Shown piece by piece: positions 18,815-28,635 of a stretch of 50,928 nucleotides of DNA (positions are counted from its first letter, which is position 1; each line of letters starts with the position of its first letter). The notes under the pieces are model-generated. The model worked only from the letters and a program-made list of their open reading frames with translations. It was not told the origin of the DNA and ran no database searches. Where the stretch lies: positions 1 to 50,928 of the forward strand of contig JAEOTZ010000088.1 of NCBI GenBank assembly GCA_016839585.1, read 5' to 3'. Both the position numbers and the translations under genes were made by a program. This DNA is from Promethearchaeota archaeon (lineage in GTDB: Archaea; Asgardarchaeota; Lokiarchaeia; Sigyniarchaeales; SOKP01).

Positions 18815-19917
18815 TGCCAATTGGATTAGTAGTTATGAGATGGGATGAAAGAGTTGGTACTGAAATATTGGCAAAATATCCCCCGGAAATAAATGTAACT
18901 GATAAAACACTTATGCAAGTATACAGCACACATGAATATAGCGGAGAGTCAGGGATGATTAGTTTAATGATTGGTTCATTAAATATCGCATCATACTATA
19001 CTGGACCTGAAAGGGGCTTTTACATTTTATTACTTTTGAATATAGATGATGATCCTGATGCTTATGAAGGCGGATTAGCTGATACTTCTAGGATAATTTT
19101 GCAAAATCTTGAGGATGATTCATATTTACAGTTGATTCCTTCACTTTTTCGAAGGCTATCTGTTTATCCTACACTTAATAACGAACAACGATTAGCTATG
19201 ACATATCAAGACGAAATTAAACGTATGATTGTTAATCGTCTTAGAGATGAAGGTGTTGTTTCGAAATCTGAATTAATGGTCTGGTTAAAAGATAGGTATA
19301 AACAAGGTTTTGTTGATCTAGAAGGAGTTTTAATTGAACTAATTAAACGGGAAATCATTAAAGAGGCTTCAGTAAAAGGAATGCCATCTGAATTAATATT
19401 TCTTACCAATGATATTTTGATGATGCGTGTTCCACCTGTTAAACTTCTCACTGATCCTGCTGATCGAGGATTACCTTCTCAACTTGTTAGTGATTACAGA
19501 ACAGAATCTAAAAAATACTTCCAAAACTACCGCCCAACAGAAGAAGATAATCTCAGAATCATTGACATCATAATAAACCCACAGGTTTATGAAACATTAC
19601 GTTTATTAAGAACTGCAATTGTTACTAAAAACGATCTAGAGAAACTCAAAAAGAAAGGCGTTGAGGATGTTGATGAGGTGTTAAAGATGTTATGGGATAA
19701 TCAGATGATCCAAGTCTTCCAAGATGAACGTAATAATGAATATTATGCATTAATAACTGATTTCTATTTGGACCTTATCTTTCCGAAATATCTTCTTAAT
19801 ATCATAAAAACAGAGTACGAACAAAAATCAAAAGCAGATCAAGTATTAATTGAATACCTAACCGTTCTTGAAAATGCTTATACGAATTTAAAAGCAGCTA
19901 TGAAATCGAAAGAGTAA
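18814..19917 (+). CDS. Longin/uDENN-like domain + tandem winged-helix protein
   Basis: N-terminal GLVVMRWDERVGTEILAKYP resembles the uDENN/longin FDxxxGPxxxxxYP start. Two wHTH-like segments follow. TAATG overlap with the upstream gene, preceded by SD GGAGGTG. Confidence 0.6.
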   Translation: MPIGLVVMRWDERVGTEILAKYPPEINVTDKTLMQVYSTHEYSGESGMISLMIGSLNIASYYTGPERGFYILLLLNIDDDPDAYEGGLADTSRIILQNLEDDSYLQLIPSLFRRLSVYPTLNNEQRLAMTYQDEIKRMIVNRLRDEGVVSKSELMVWLKDRYKQGFVDLEGVLIELIKREIIKEASVKGMPSELIFLTNDILMMRVPPVKLLTDPADRGLPSQLVSDYRTESKKYFQNYRPTEEDNLRIIDIIINPQVYETLRLLRTAIVTKNDLEKLKKKGVEDVDEVLKMLWDNQMIQVFQDERNNEYYALITDFYLDLIFPKYLLNIIKTEYEQKSKADQVLIEYLTVLENAYTNLKAAMKSKE

Positions 19918-19929
19918 ATTTTTAATAAT

Positions 19930-19956
19930 TAAGTTTTTTAATTTTTTTTTTTTTCT
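19930..19956 (+). terminator. Oligo-T archaeal terminator
   Basis: Long T runs directly after the stop at 19917. Confidence 0.55.
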
Positions 19957-20048
19957 TATTCTATTGGTTCTTGTTTTAATCAAAATATTTTTCTACTTTT
20001 CAAGATTCTTTGAATTGATTAAAATTAAAAATATGATGTGAGAAAAAT

Positions 20049-21365
20049 TTGGACTCAACAGAACAATATTTAGATACTCCCGAAGCAATTGGCTTAGATG
20101 GTATTGACTTAGAAAAATATATTATTGCATCATACATCATTAAGCGTCCACGAGGGATGAATGTAAATTATCTAGCTCGTTTCGCTGCAATTGAACAATC
20201 AACTGGAACTTGGATAAGAGTACCAGCTGAAACTGCCGAAGTGCGAAAGCATCATGTTGCAAGAGTACTGGGAGTTTATGAATTACCCCATTGGGAATAC
20301 ATTGTACCTAAAGATGTGAAAGATAGACTTTATTTCGTTCAGATTGGGTTTCCTGTTGTAAATATTAAGGGAATGGGTATACCTATGCTTTTTACAACTG
20401 TTATTGGGAATATAAGCATCACTCATGGCTTGAAGTTAGTAGATCTCGCATTTCCTAAAGCATGGTTAGAAGATTTTAAAGGACCAAAATTTGGGATTGA
20501 TGGAATTAGAAAGCTTATGAAGATACCTGAACGACCACTTTTAAACAACATGGTTAAACCTTGTACTGGTCATACATGTGATGTCGCTGCTGATTTAGTT
20601 TATAAAGCGGCTGTAGGAGGTTGTGATGTAGTAAAAGATGATGAATTAATCTCTGATCCTTCCTTTAATACATTAGAAGATAGAATAACAACAGTTATGG
20701 AAGCTGTTGATCGTGCTGACTCTGAGAAAGGAGAAAAAACCTTATATACAATTAACATTACCTCTAAATTCCCAGAGATGTTTGAAAATGCTGATAAAAT
20801 GATAGAATTAGGAGCAAATGCGTTAATGATAAATTACATAGCTACAGGTTATGAAGCCTTAAGACAAATTGCTGAAGATCCTTCAATTAAAGTGCCAATC
20901 CTCGGTCACATGGATTTTGGCGGTTGTATGTTTGGTGGTGAATGGACAGGAATGACGAGCATGTTAACCTTTGGCAAGTTACCGAGAATATGTGGTGCTG
21001 ATACCGTTGTAATCCCAGCACCTTATGGTAAGGCAGAAATCATAGAAGAACGATATGAACAAAACCTCAAGGCTCTGCGATATCCATTACAACACATTAG
21101 ACCAACGCTCCCTATGCCCTCGGGAGGAATAACGCCAGGAATGGTGGAAAAGACCATAAAAGAAGCTGGAAAAGATATCCTTATTGGTAGTGGTGGTGGA
21201 ATCCATAGTCATCCTGATGGGCCAACAGCAGGCGCTAAAGCATTTAGACAAGCGATAGATGCTGTAATGCAAGGAAAGAATGTAAGGGATGTAGCTAAGG
21301 AGCAAAAAGAATTGGGAATAGCTCTTGGTGTTTGGGGTAGTGGAAAAACCCAATTAGTAGAATAA
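20049..21365 (+). CDS. RuBisCO-like protein (form IV RLP)
   Basis: EQSTGTW, FKGPKFG, VKDDE, YGK, PSGG and GGGIHSHPDG are present. KPK is replaced by KPC and HRA by HMD. Confidence 0.88.
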   Translation: MDSTEQYLDTPEAIGLDGIDLEKYIIASYIIKRPRGMNVNYLARFAAIEQSTGTWIRVPAETAEVRKHHVARVLGVYELPHWEYIVPKDVKDRLYFVQIGFPVVNIKGMGIPMLFTTVIGNISITHGLKLVDLAFPKAWLEDFKGPKFGIDGIRKLMKIPERPLLNNMVKPCTGHTCDVAADLVYKAAVGGCDVVKDDELISDPSFNTLEDRITTVMEAVDRADSEKGEKTLYTINITSKFPEMFENADKMIELGANALMINYIATGYEALRQIAEDPSIKVPILGHMDFGGCMFGGEWTGMTSMLTFGKLPRICGADTVVIPAPYGKAEIIEERYEQNLKALRYPLQHIRPTLPMPSGGITPGMVEKTIKEAGKDILIGSGGGIHSHPDGPTAGAKAFRQAIDAVMQGKNVRDVAKEQKELGIALGVWGSGKTQLVE

Positions 21366-21377
21366 ATATTTTTTTTT

Positions 21378-22346
21378 TCATTTTATTTTAATATAAGAAT
21401 CATTTAGGATAATCCTTATTTTTGGATTAAACTCATTAATTTTGACATTTTTAGCTAGTTCATTACCTCTTAAATCTAAATATTCTAGAAATGGTAAGGT
21501 CTTTAGATAATTAACATTCTCTAAATCAGTAATCTTATTATTTGTTAGTATTAAATACCTTAAATTTACTAATTGGATCAACTCTTTAATGTTGGTAATT
21601 TGATTATTTGAAAGATCTATTTTCTCTAAATTTTCTAAATTAAACAAACCAGTTATATCAGAAAGTCTTTTTATATTATTTTTCCATCCCCAAGGGGTCC
21701 CTTTAACTTCATATTCCATATAATCTGATAAATCTAATTCTTTTATTAAAGCAGTTTTGGGATCCAATTCATAATATACATTGGGAAGCTGTCCTATTAA
21801 ATGATGAATAGTTAAATAATTAATCAAGATTTCTCCCAATTCTTTATTAGAGAGCTCGTCAAATTTTCTTTCTTTAAATACTCCTTTTAGATTTTTTTTA
21901 AATTTTTTATTTTGAATGGCTTTATCTTTATTTACATATTTAGTTTTTCTAATTTTTTTCAATTGTTCAATTAAAATTGCTTTAGCTTCTATTTTATTAA
22001 CTTTTACTAATGTTTTAATTATTGTTATCAAACATTCATAATTGGTTTCATGTTTAATCGCCCATTTTAAAGGGACTAGTGCTTTTTCATTAATAAATTT
22101 CTTTTCTATAATTTTTGCGGCAGCATTTCTAATGTTTCCATTTGAATCAGAAATTAATAAATTTTCCAAGATAGTATAAGTTTGCCCATTAAATATTCCA
22201 ATTTTTTCCAAGCTTTCAATGGATTTAACTCTATCATTTTCATTTTCACTATTTTCAATTAATGAAATAAGGAGATCAAATGCTGTATGTTTATCTAAGT
22301 TATGATTCTCAAATTCTTCGCAAATTTTTTCGGGGTTTAAAGTCAT
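21378..22346 (-). CDS. HEAT-repeat + leucine-rich repeat protein
   Basis: LENLLISDSNGNIRNAAA HEAT repeat; LEKIDLSNNQI, LILTNNKI and LDLRGN LRRs. Confidence 0.85.
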   Translation of the reverse strand: MTLNPEKICEEFENHNLDKHTAFDLLISLIENSENENDRVKSIESLEKIGIFNGQTYTILENLLISDSNGNIRNAAAKIIEKKFINEKALVPLKWAIKHETNYECLITIIKTLVKVNKIEAKAILIEQLKKIRKTKYVNKDKAIQNKKFKKNLKGVFKERKFDELSNKELGEILINYLTIHHLIGQLPNVYYELDPKTALIKELDLSDYMEYEVKGTPWGWKNNIKRLSDITGLFNLENLEKIDLSNNQITNIKELIQLVNLRYLILTNNKITDLENVNYLKTLPFLEYLDLRGNELAKNVKINEFNPKIRIILNDSYIKIK

Positions 22347-22370
22347 GCTAATTTTTATATAAAACTTATT

Positions 22371-24848
22371 TTAGATAAATTTGATTTTTAAAGAGATTCT
22401 ATTCTTAAATTTGACAAATAATTTCCAGATATTATTTACTGGATCAATGATGGAATAGTTAAAATTATATTTTTCAATTTTTTTATTTTTTGGAAGTTTA
22501 AGAATAAGAAATCCTTCTCTAATCCCTATTAACTCAATTTCAATATTTAGTTCATTATATTCTTTATATTCATAACTTTTTATTTCACAGCATCCTTGAG
22601 TAATGTGTAAATTTGTTGAGAGTAAGATTGGTAAATCTTTTTCTACATTTACTGGAATTAAATTAAGGTATTTACATCCATGAGGGAAAATTCTTTGTAT
22701 CTTTAAAGAATCATGAGTTTTATATTCCCCTAAAAATTTATTGTCCCAAAAATCATAAATATAGAATTTTTCTAGATCATCAGAAAGAGTTGGAATCATC
22801 TTAGATATTTTTAATTCTCTTGAAATTGAAACTTCTTCCCAATTTATAATTGCAATTAAATATCTTTTTCCTATAATTTCATTGGTTTCAAGCATATAGA
22901 TAGAAGGCAATACTGAAGTGAATGCATCAATTAATATAGGATCATATTCATTTGGGTTATAGGGAGGTATTATTAATGTGGCATCATTGATTTCATTATT
23001 AGTTAGTTTAGTCATATCGTCTGAAATTAAGATCTGCCCTCCAGATAATCCAAATATAGTTATTTGTAATCCAATTTCATCAAGATTTAATTTTGTATCA
23101 GTTCGCCTAATCATTAAGCAATCTGGATCATTTATCCAGAAATAGTTATGCATAAAAGATCGATAAAGGATGTTTAAAAGAGCCTCCTTCAAAGATGGAA
23201 GGGGAATTCCTTGAAGATCTTCTGATTTTTCTAGAATTTCCCACAGAGGTGCTGTATCTTCACTTATCCTCATAGCATCTACTAAACCTACACAAGGTCC
23301 TAATGGTGCTCCACATCCTAATAAAAATGAATTTTCCGTAATGGCTTCACGAATTGTTTTAATTCCATTGTAATATAATTGGGCCCTTGTTAAATTTTTA
23401 TCTGTATAATCTGCTCCAAATGGAACAGCAGCATGAAGGAAGTCAATTTTAAAATAATTTATTGAAGGTTTATCTATTTTTGGATAATCATGTCTAAATG
23501 CATATAGGATATTAGTAAAAAGGTTTTTTAAATACATAATCACATCTTTATTTGACAAATCTAAACTATATTGAAAAGATTTCCAATCAATTGAAAAATG
23601 GGTTTTTAATAATTTATTTGACTTTTTAAGAAACCAATCTCGATGATTTATAAACAAGTTAGATTTTTTCACAGCAAAAAAAGGTGCTGTCCATATGCCA
23701 CCCTTAAATCCAGATTTCTTGATTTGATTAAATAACCATTCTAAACCTTTTGGAAATTTATTGTTTATATTACCAAAATCTCCTATTCTGGTAAAATATC
23801 CATCATCTAATTGGATAAAATCAATAGGCAAAATTTCTCTATTTTTTTTGAAAAAATCTAAATTTTTAATCATGCCTTCTTGGTTAATGTTAGTAAAATA
23901 GTAATACCAACTACACCATCCAGTAGGAATTGTGCTCATTCTTGTTTCTTTGATAAGTGTCTTAACAGTTTTAGCATAATCAATTAAACCATAGTAACCA
24001 AGATTTTTTGTTTTAAGGCATATAAAAAGTTCTTCTGAAGAATTAATTGAGGATTCATTTAATTTAATTCCATCCATACATCCAAAAGCAGTAAATAATT
24101 TAATATCTTCAGAATTTTCATAATCTAATATTATTCTGGTAAATTGATCCTTGAAAGAAACAAAACCTACAATTAAGGTATTTTTAGAATGTAAATCTGT
24201 AACAGCTGTGCAATATTCACTATAAAACCTTCCCTCAATCTTATAGTCTTGGTTATCATATGTCAAATTAAATATTTCTGTAGATGGACCTTTATTATCT
24301 TTTTCATTACCAAAAATTATTCTACAAGGACTCCAACTCTGAAATCCATTCTTAAACCATGTTATATTATTTAGATTTGTTGGAGTTTTATTCCCAGATA
24401 ACCATAATTTACTATATTTAATAGTTAAAGGTGCTAAACTATGTACTGCTAAAGGATTTTTGGCTTTATCATTAATATCTATTAATCTTATTAGAATAAA
24501 ATGCTTATTATCATAAATTTTAAACTGGATTTTATAGAATACTTTTTGTTCTTTATTATTAAATGATTTAAAAATAATCTTCATACCTGTTCCTATTGAA
24601 TCCTCAATTTTTTCAACTTTACTATTAAAAGTATATTTTGTAGAACTATATTCTATTAAATCATTCATATCAACCTTATAAAAATTCAATGATGAATAGC
24701 AACCTTTAAGGGAACACTTATTTTCATTATCTAAATCAAAATAGATTGCATATTTTCCTCGATCCTGTCCGTTCTTATAAAATTTAAAACCAATAATTCC
24801 ATTATGAACTTCAACTATATCATAATTGTTTTGAATTATATTTAACAA
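22371..24848 (-). CDS. Alpha-galactosidase (GH36)
   Basis: GWCSWY, QLDDGY, KFPKGL, GIWTAPF, KIDF nucleophile, RISED acid/base, INDPDC. Confidence 0.88.
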   Translation of the reverse strand: MLNIIQNNYDIVEVHNGIIGFKFYKNGQDRGKYAIYFDLDNENKCSLKGCYSSLNFYKVDMNDLIEYSSTKYTFNSKVEKIEDSIGTGMKIIFKSFNNKEQKVFYKIQFKIYDNKHFILIRLIDINDKAKNPLAVHSLAPLTIKYSKLWLSGNKTPTNLNNITWFKNGFQSWSPCRIIFGNEKDNKGPSTEIFNLTYDNQDYKIEGRFYSEYCTAVTDLHSKNTLIVGFVSFKDQFTRIILDYENSEDIKLFTAFGCMDGIKLNESSINSSEELFICLKTKNLGYYGLIDYAKTVKTLIKETRMSTIPTGWCSWYYYFTNINQEGMIKNLDFFKKNREILPIDFIQLDDGYFTRIGDFGNINNKFPKGLEWLFNQIKKSGFKGGIWTAPFFAVKKSNLFINHRDWFLKKSNKLLKTHFSIDWKSFQYSLDLSNKDVIMYLKNLFTNILYAFRHDYPKIDKPSINYFKIDFLHAAVPFGADYTDKNLTRAQLYYNGIKTIREAITENSFLLGCGAPLGPCVGLVDAMRISEDTAPLWEILEKSEDLQGIPLPSLKEALLNILYRSFMHNYFWINDPDCLMIRRTDTKLNLDEIGLQITIFGLSGGQILISDDMTKLTNNEINDATLIIPPYNPNEYDPILIDAFTSVLPSIYMLETNEIIGKRYLIAIINWEEVSISRELKISKMIPTLSDDLEKFYIYDFWDNKFLGEYKTHDSLKIQRIFPHGCKYLNLIPVNVEKDLPILLSTNLHITQGCCEIKSYEYKEYNELNIEIELIGIREGFLILKLPKNKKIEKYNFNYSIIDPVNNIWKLFVKFKNRISLKIKFI

Positions 24849-25008
24849 AATTATCTCCCCCCATATAATCCATCAAGTTATATAATAATAGTCTTAAATT
24901 ATTATCTTAATAAATTATTTCTTGTTTTACTAAATACCAATAGAGTCTGAATTAAATATCTAATAAATTAAAAGTAGCATAGGAGGATAGTTTAATTCTT
25001 CATTCAAT

Positions 25009-26232
25009 CTAATTGTCAAAACTAAAAGGAGGAAATTTTCTTCTTTTATTAAAATCTTCTTTTATTTTGGTCTTTAATTCATTAAATGGTTGAAGATTTC
25101 CTGAAAAGGATGTCTCTGTTAATGGATTTATGTTTGCATCCAATAATTCCTCAACTTTTTCAATTTTTCCTAAATTACCTTCAGAGAGTAGATTCAAAAA
25201 GTAATCATTTTGATATTTTCTGAAGGTAAGAAATCGATATTTTTGAAAGCCCAATTTAACAGATATCCATCGAGGTATAGCACCAGTATTTCCTTGAGTA
25301 TTTGCTGCAATAGCTTCAATTTTTGCCGTAAGCGTAGACTCTTTCATTTCTAATTCTTCATTAGGATCTTCATATTCTCCCTGGAATTCAATATTTAGCT
25401 CATCGTCGCTTAATAAAAGGGAGATTACACCAATGGACATGGAAGATAAGCCAAGGTAATCAATTCTGATATTATCTTCTACATAACCAAGGTCCTCATC
25501 TCCAAATATTTCCTGCAATTTAAGATATTCTTCTAAAATAAATTTTGTCCTTCGTTTAAATTCCTTTTCAAGTTCATATTTCTCAAATTTATCTAATTTT
25601 TCAATGTTTCTTCCTCCCACTAATTCTTTAAAATGGTTTGACATATGTTCTAAAATCCACTTACCCTTTTTATCAGGAAATTTCCCATAGACTAAATAAA
25701 TGATGTTATGCCTTTCATAAAATTGACATTTCTCTTTTTCATCCTTTTCTTCAGATATAAGAAGCATTTTATCAAGATCTCCCCCTAAAATGCTAGTAGC
25801 TATATAATCTAAATTATTTGTCAATTCTAAAAGATAATTATAGTTTTGATTACTACAATAAAGTTGGGTTCTCTCAACTGAAGTAATACCGAGTAGTTTT
25901 ATATATTCACCTTTAGTTAATTCAATTTTATTACTCTCTAAATTAATACCTAAAACTTTTTTTGGTTTAACTTTTACCTTACCTTTAAGTTTTGTAGATA
26001 GTGTCTCAGTTTTAGTTTCGAATTGTTTAGATTCAGTTTTTAACTGGACATCTTCTGAAATATAATCATATAATTCAGCAAGAAACTTACCACATTTCGG
26101 ACACATTGAATCCTTAGGATAAGGTTTTACAAGTTTATATCCACAGTACTGACATATAATCTCATCTTTTCTCTTATTTGGAGGAAATAATACATTTGGA
26201 ATAAGTACCAACTCGCCTAAGAAATTAATCAA
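25009..26232 (-). CDS. Zn-ribbon protein with probable tandem longin-like domains
   Basis: CQYCG...CPKCG, followed by two alpha/beta regions with longin-like strand/helix patterns. The longin call is weak. Confidence 0.5.
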   Translation of the reverse strand: MINFLGELVLIPNVLFPPNKRKDEIICQYCGYKLVKPYPKDSMCPKCGKFLAELYDYISEDVQLKTESKQFETKTETLSTKLKGKVKVKPKKVLGINLESNKIELTKGEYIKLLGITSVERTQLYCSNQNYNYLLELTNNLDYIATSILGGDLDKMLLISEEKDEKEKCQFYERHNIIYLVYGKFPDKKGKWILEHMSNHFKELVGGRNIEKLDKFEKYELEKEFKRRTKFILEEYLKLQEIFGDEDLGYVEDNIRIDYLGLSSMSIGVISLLLSDDELNIEFQGEYEDPNEELEMKESTLTAKIEAIAANTQGNTGAIPRWISVKLGFQKYRFLTFRKYQNDYFLNLLSEGNLGKIEKVEELLDANINPLTETSFSGNLQPFNELKTKIKEDFNKRRKFPPFSFDN

Positions 26233-26276
26233 TATAATTTAGGTAATTTAAATTTTAAATGTTTTGATTTTTAGGA

Positions 26277-27362
26277 TTATAAATACTTTTTTGCAATTTC
26301 ATTAAAAGCCTTTAGAAATTTATTATTATCTTCTTTTTTCCCAATTGTTATTCTAATATAGTTATAAAGGCCTGGTTTACTAAAATGTCTTATAAGTATT
26401 TTCATCTCTTTTAGATCCCATATAAACTTTAATGTTTTAGACTCATCCTCAAATTTTATAAATATAAAATTAGCATCTGAAGGTAGTACAGAAATTCCCG
26501 GATATTTATTTAGTTCCTCAGTTAATCTTTCTCTTTCTTCTATAATCTTTTTATTTTGTTCATATATTTTATTTCTATGCTTAATACATGATAATGCTGC
26601 AACTTGTCCTAAATAATTTGTATTATAAGGTAATTTAACTCTATTCATTTCTTTAATGATATTAGGATCTGCTAAAGCATATCCAATTCTTAAAGATGCA
26701 AGTGAGAAACTTTTTGAAAAAGTACGAGTAACTATTAAATTTTTAACTTTTTTTAGCAATGGTAAGCATGTTTTATCTGAGAAATCAGCATAAGCTTCAT
26801 CCACAACAACGATACCTGGAAAACTCCCACAGAGTTTTAATATTGTCGCATTACCAAATGATTTACCATTAGGATTGTTAGGTGAATTAATAAATAATAA
26901 TTTTCCTTTTGCTGAATAAGCAGATTCTGGTATTGAAAAATCATCATTTAATTTTATTTCATTAGCTTTTGCATTATAAAGCGTAGCTAATACCTTATAT
27001 AGTCCATATGTTGGATAAAAAATAACAATTTCATCACCAGGGTCAATAAATACCTTGAAAATAACATCCAAAATCTCATCAGAACCATTACCAATAAAAA
27101 TTGAATTTCTATTTGTTAAAGTATCTTTATCACTTAATAACACAGATAAAACCATCTTTCGAAGTTCAAATGATGTTGGATCGGGATAGAGTCTGATATT
27201 TTCATTTATAGACTTTTTAATATCATTTAAAATTTCCGGAAGAGGCGGATAGGGGTTTTCATTTGTATTTAATATGACCCAACCATCATCAGTGGGCTGT
27301 TCTTCGGTTTCGTAAGCAGAATAATTCTTAAGATTCGTTCTTACTAATTCATTTAAATCCAT
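26277..27362 (-). CDS. hisC: Histidinol-phosphate aminotransferase
   Basis: NTNENPYPP, GNGSDE, SPNNPNG, DEAY, RTFSKSFSLASLRIGY. Confidence 0.92.
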   Translation of the reverse strand: MDLNELVRTNLKNYSAYETEEQPTDDGWVILNTNENPYPPLPEILNDIKKSINENIRLYPDPTSFELRKMVLSVLLSDKDTLTNRNSIFIGNGSDEILDVIFKVFIDPGDEIVIFYPTYGLYKVLATLYNAKANEIKLNDDFSIPESAYSAKGKLLFINSPNNPNGKSFGNATILKLCGSFPGIVVVDEAYADFSDKTCLPLLKKVKNLIVTRTFSKSFSLASLRIGYALADPNIIKEMNRVKLPYNTNYLGQVAALSCIKHRNKIYEQNKKIIEERERLTEELNKYPGISVLPSDANFIFIKFEDESKTLKFIWDLKEMKILIRHFSKPGLYNYIRITIGKKEDNNKFLKAFNEIAKKYL

Positions 27363-27482
27363 ATTTATTACCCTTTACAAATTTTAAAATTTTGATTTCT
27401 TTTGAGAATATCTTAATAATTTAATAATTTATGCAAGAGAATAATATAATTTAATTTTTGTCTTTTGTTCTCTCTTAATCTT

Positions 27483-28448
27483 TCATTCAAAATATTCTTC
27501 TATTTTGTCATCCATGTTTAATATCAGAGCAATGGTTTGAGAAAGTTCATTATCAGAAATGTTGTCTTTATTAGATAATTTTCTCGCAAGTTCTTGATAT
27601 TTCTTTTTTATTAAGGGAGATGATAAATTAGTGAGTTTTTGAGTAAAAGAATAAAGATTTAAATAGGCTTCATTATAATCTCCTTCTTTTAGAGATTTCT
27701 TTCCTAATTGATTTACTGCTTCTGTTAATAGTGTTTTAACTTTATTTAAGAAAAAATTTAACTTGATTATTGTGTCTTCTATTTTTTTTCTTAAAATTTT
27801 CGCTTCATTCCTATACTTGATGGATCCCTCATTATCTTTAACATTTTCAGAAATTTCAATTAATTTTTCAATTATGGTTAATTTTTGAAAATAATTATTT
27901 ACCCTTTTTAATCTGGAAATTAAATAGTCTCTCTCTTTGATCAAATTTAGTTTTAACTGTTCAGATACTTCTCTTTTTTGTGAGGAAATCGACTTTAAAA
28001 TTTTTTTAATACTAAAATCTTTGATTGATCCCGAATCAGATTCTCCTAGTAATTGTTTTTTTGAATGAATTAGATCGGTTAACGGCTGATCTAAAATTAA
28101 AAACTCATTTACATTAGCACGCCATTCAATAAATAATTCTTTATGATTTAGAATGATCTTAATAATCTTTAAAAAAAGTCTCTTTAGGAGTTTGTAATCT
28201 TCTTTATTGGCAATTATTACTAAGTCTGAATTTGTATCTGGAACTAATGATGTAAATATAATATAATCTCCTAATTCAATCGTTCTTAATTCTTTTGAGC
28301 CCTCAAGTAAAATTTCTGAAATATATGATTTTATAGCAGAAAAGAAAGCACCGAACATTTCCATCTTTCCATCACTAACATCTTGAAAGACTTTATTATA
28401 AAGAAGTAGCCCAGACTCTCTTTGATAAAGAAATAAGGAATAAATCAC
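27483..28448 (-). CDS. Longin-like domain protein with helical C-terminus
   Basis: IYSLFLYQRESGLLLYNKVF...MFGAFFSAIKSYISEIL...LRTIELGDY, a typical Asgard longin pattern. Confidence 0.7.
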   Translation of the reverse strand: MIYSLFLYQRESGLLLYNKVFQDVSDGKMEMFGAFFSAIKSYISEILLEGSKELRTIELGDYIIFTSLVPDTNSDLVIIANKEDYKLLKRLFLKIIKIILNHKELFIEWRANVNEFLILDQPLTDLIHSKKQLLGESDSGSIKDFSIKKILKSISSQKREVSEQLKLNLIKERDYLISRLKRVNNYFQKLTIIEKLIEISENVKDNEGSIKYRNEAKILRKKIEDTIIKLNFFLNKVKTLLTEAVNQLGKKSLKEGDYNEAYLNLYSFTQKLTNLSSPLIKKKYQELARKLSNKDNISDNELSQTIALILNMDDKIEEYFE

Positions 28449-28635
28449 GCTTAGATTTAAATGAAAATATACATAAAAATTTTTTTAAATTAGTTTTAAA
28501 AATATTTTAAAATTTATATTTCTTAATTATCTATGATTGAAAATTCGCTTAATGAAAACTCAATTTTTAAATTTATTAAAACTATTAATTTTATATTAAG
28601 ATAGTAACAACTAAAATACTTATAATTAAAGAGAG

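Noticed and set aside
20049-21365. Bona fide form III RuBisCO
   Set aside because: It lacks the KPK second Lys and the HRA motif.
24941-24953. Extra copy of the intergenic repeat (AGAGTCTGA)
   Set aside because: Only about 9 nt match, which is expected by chance.
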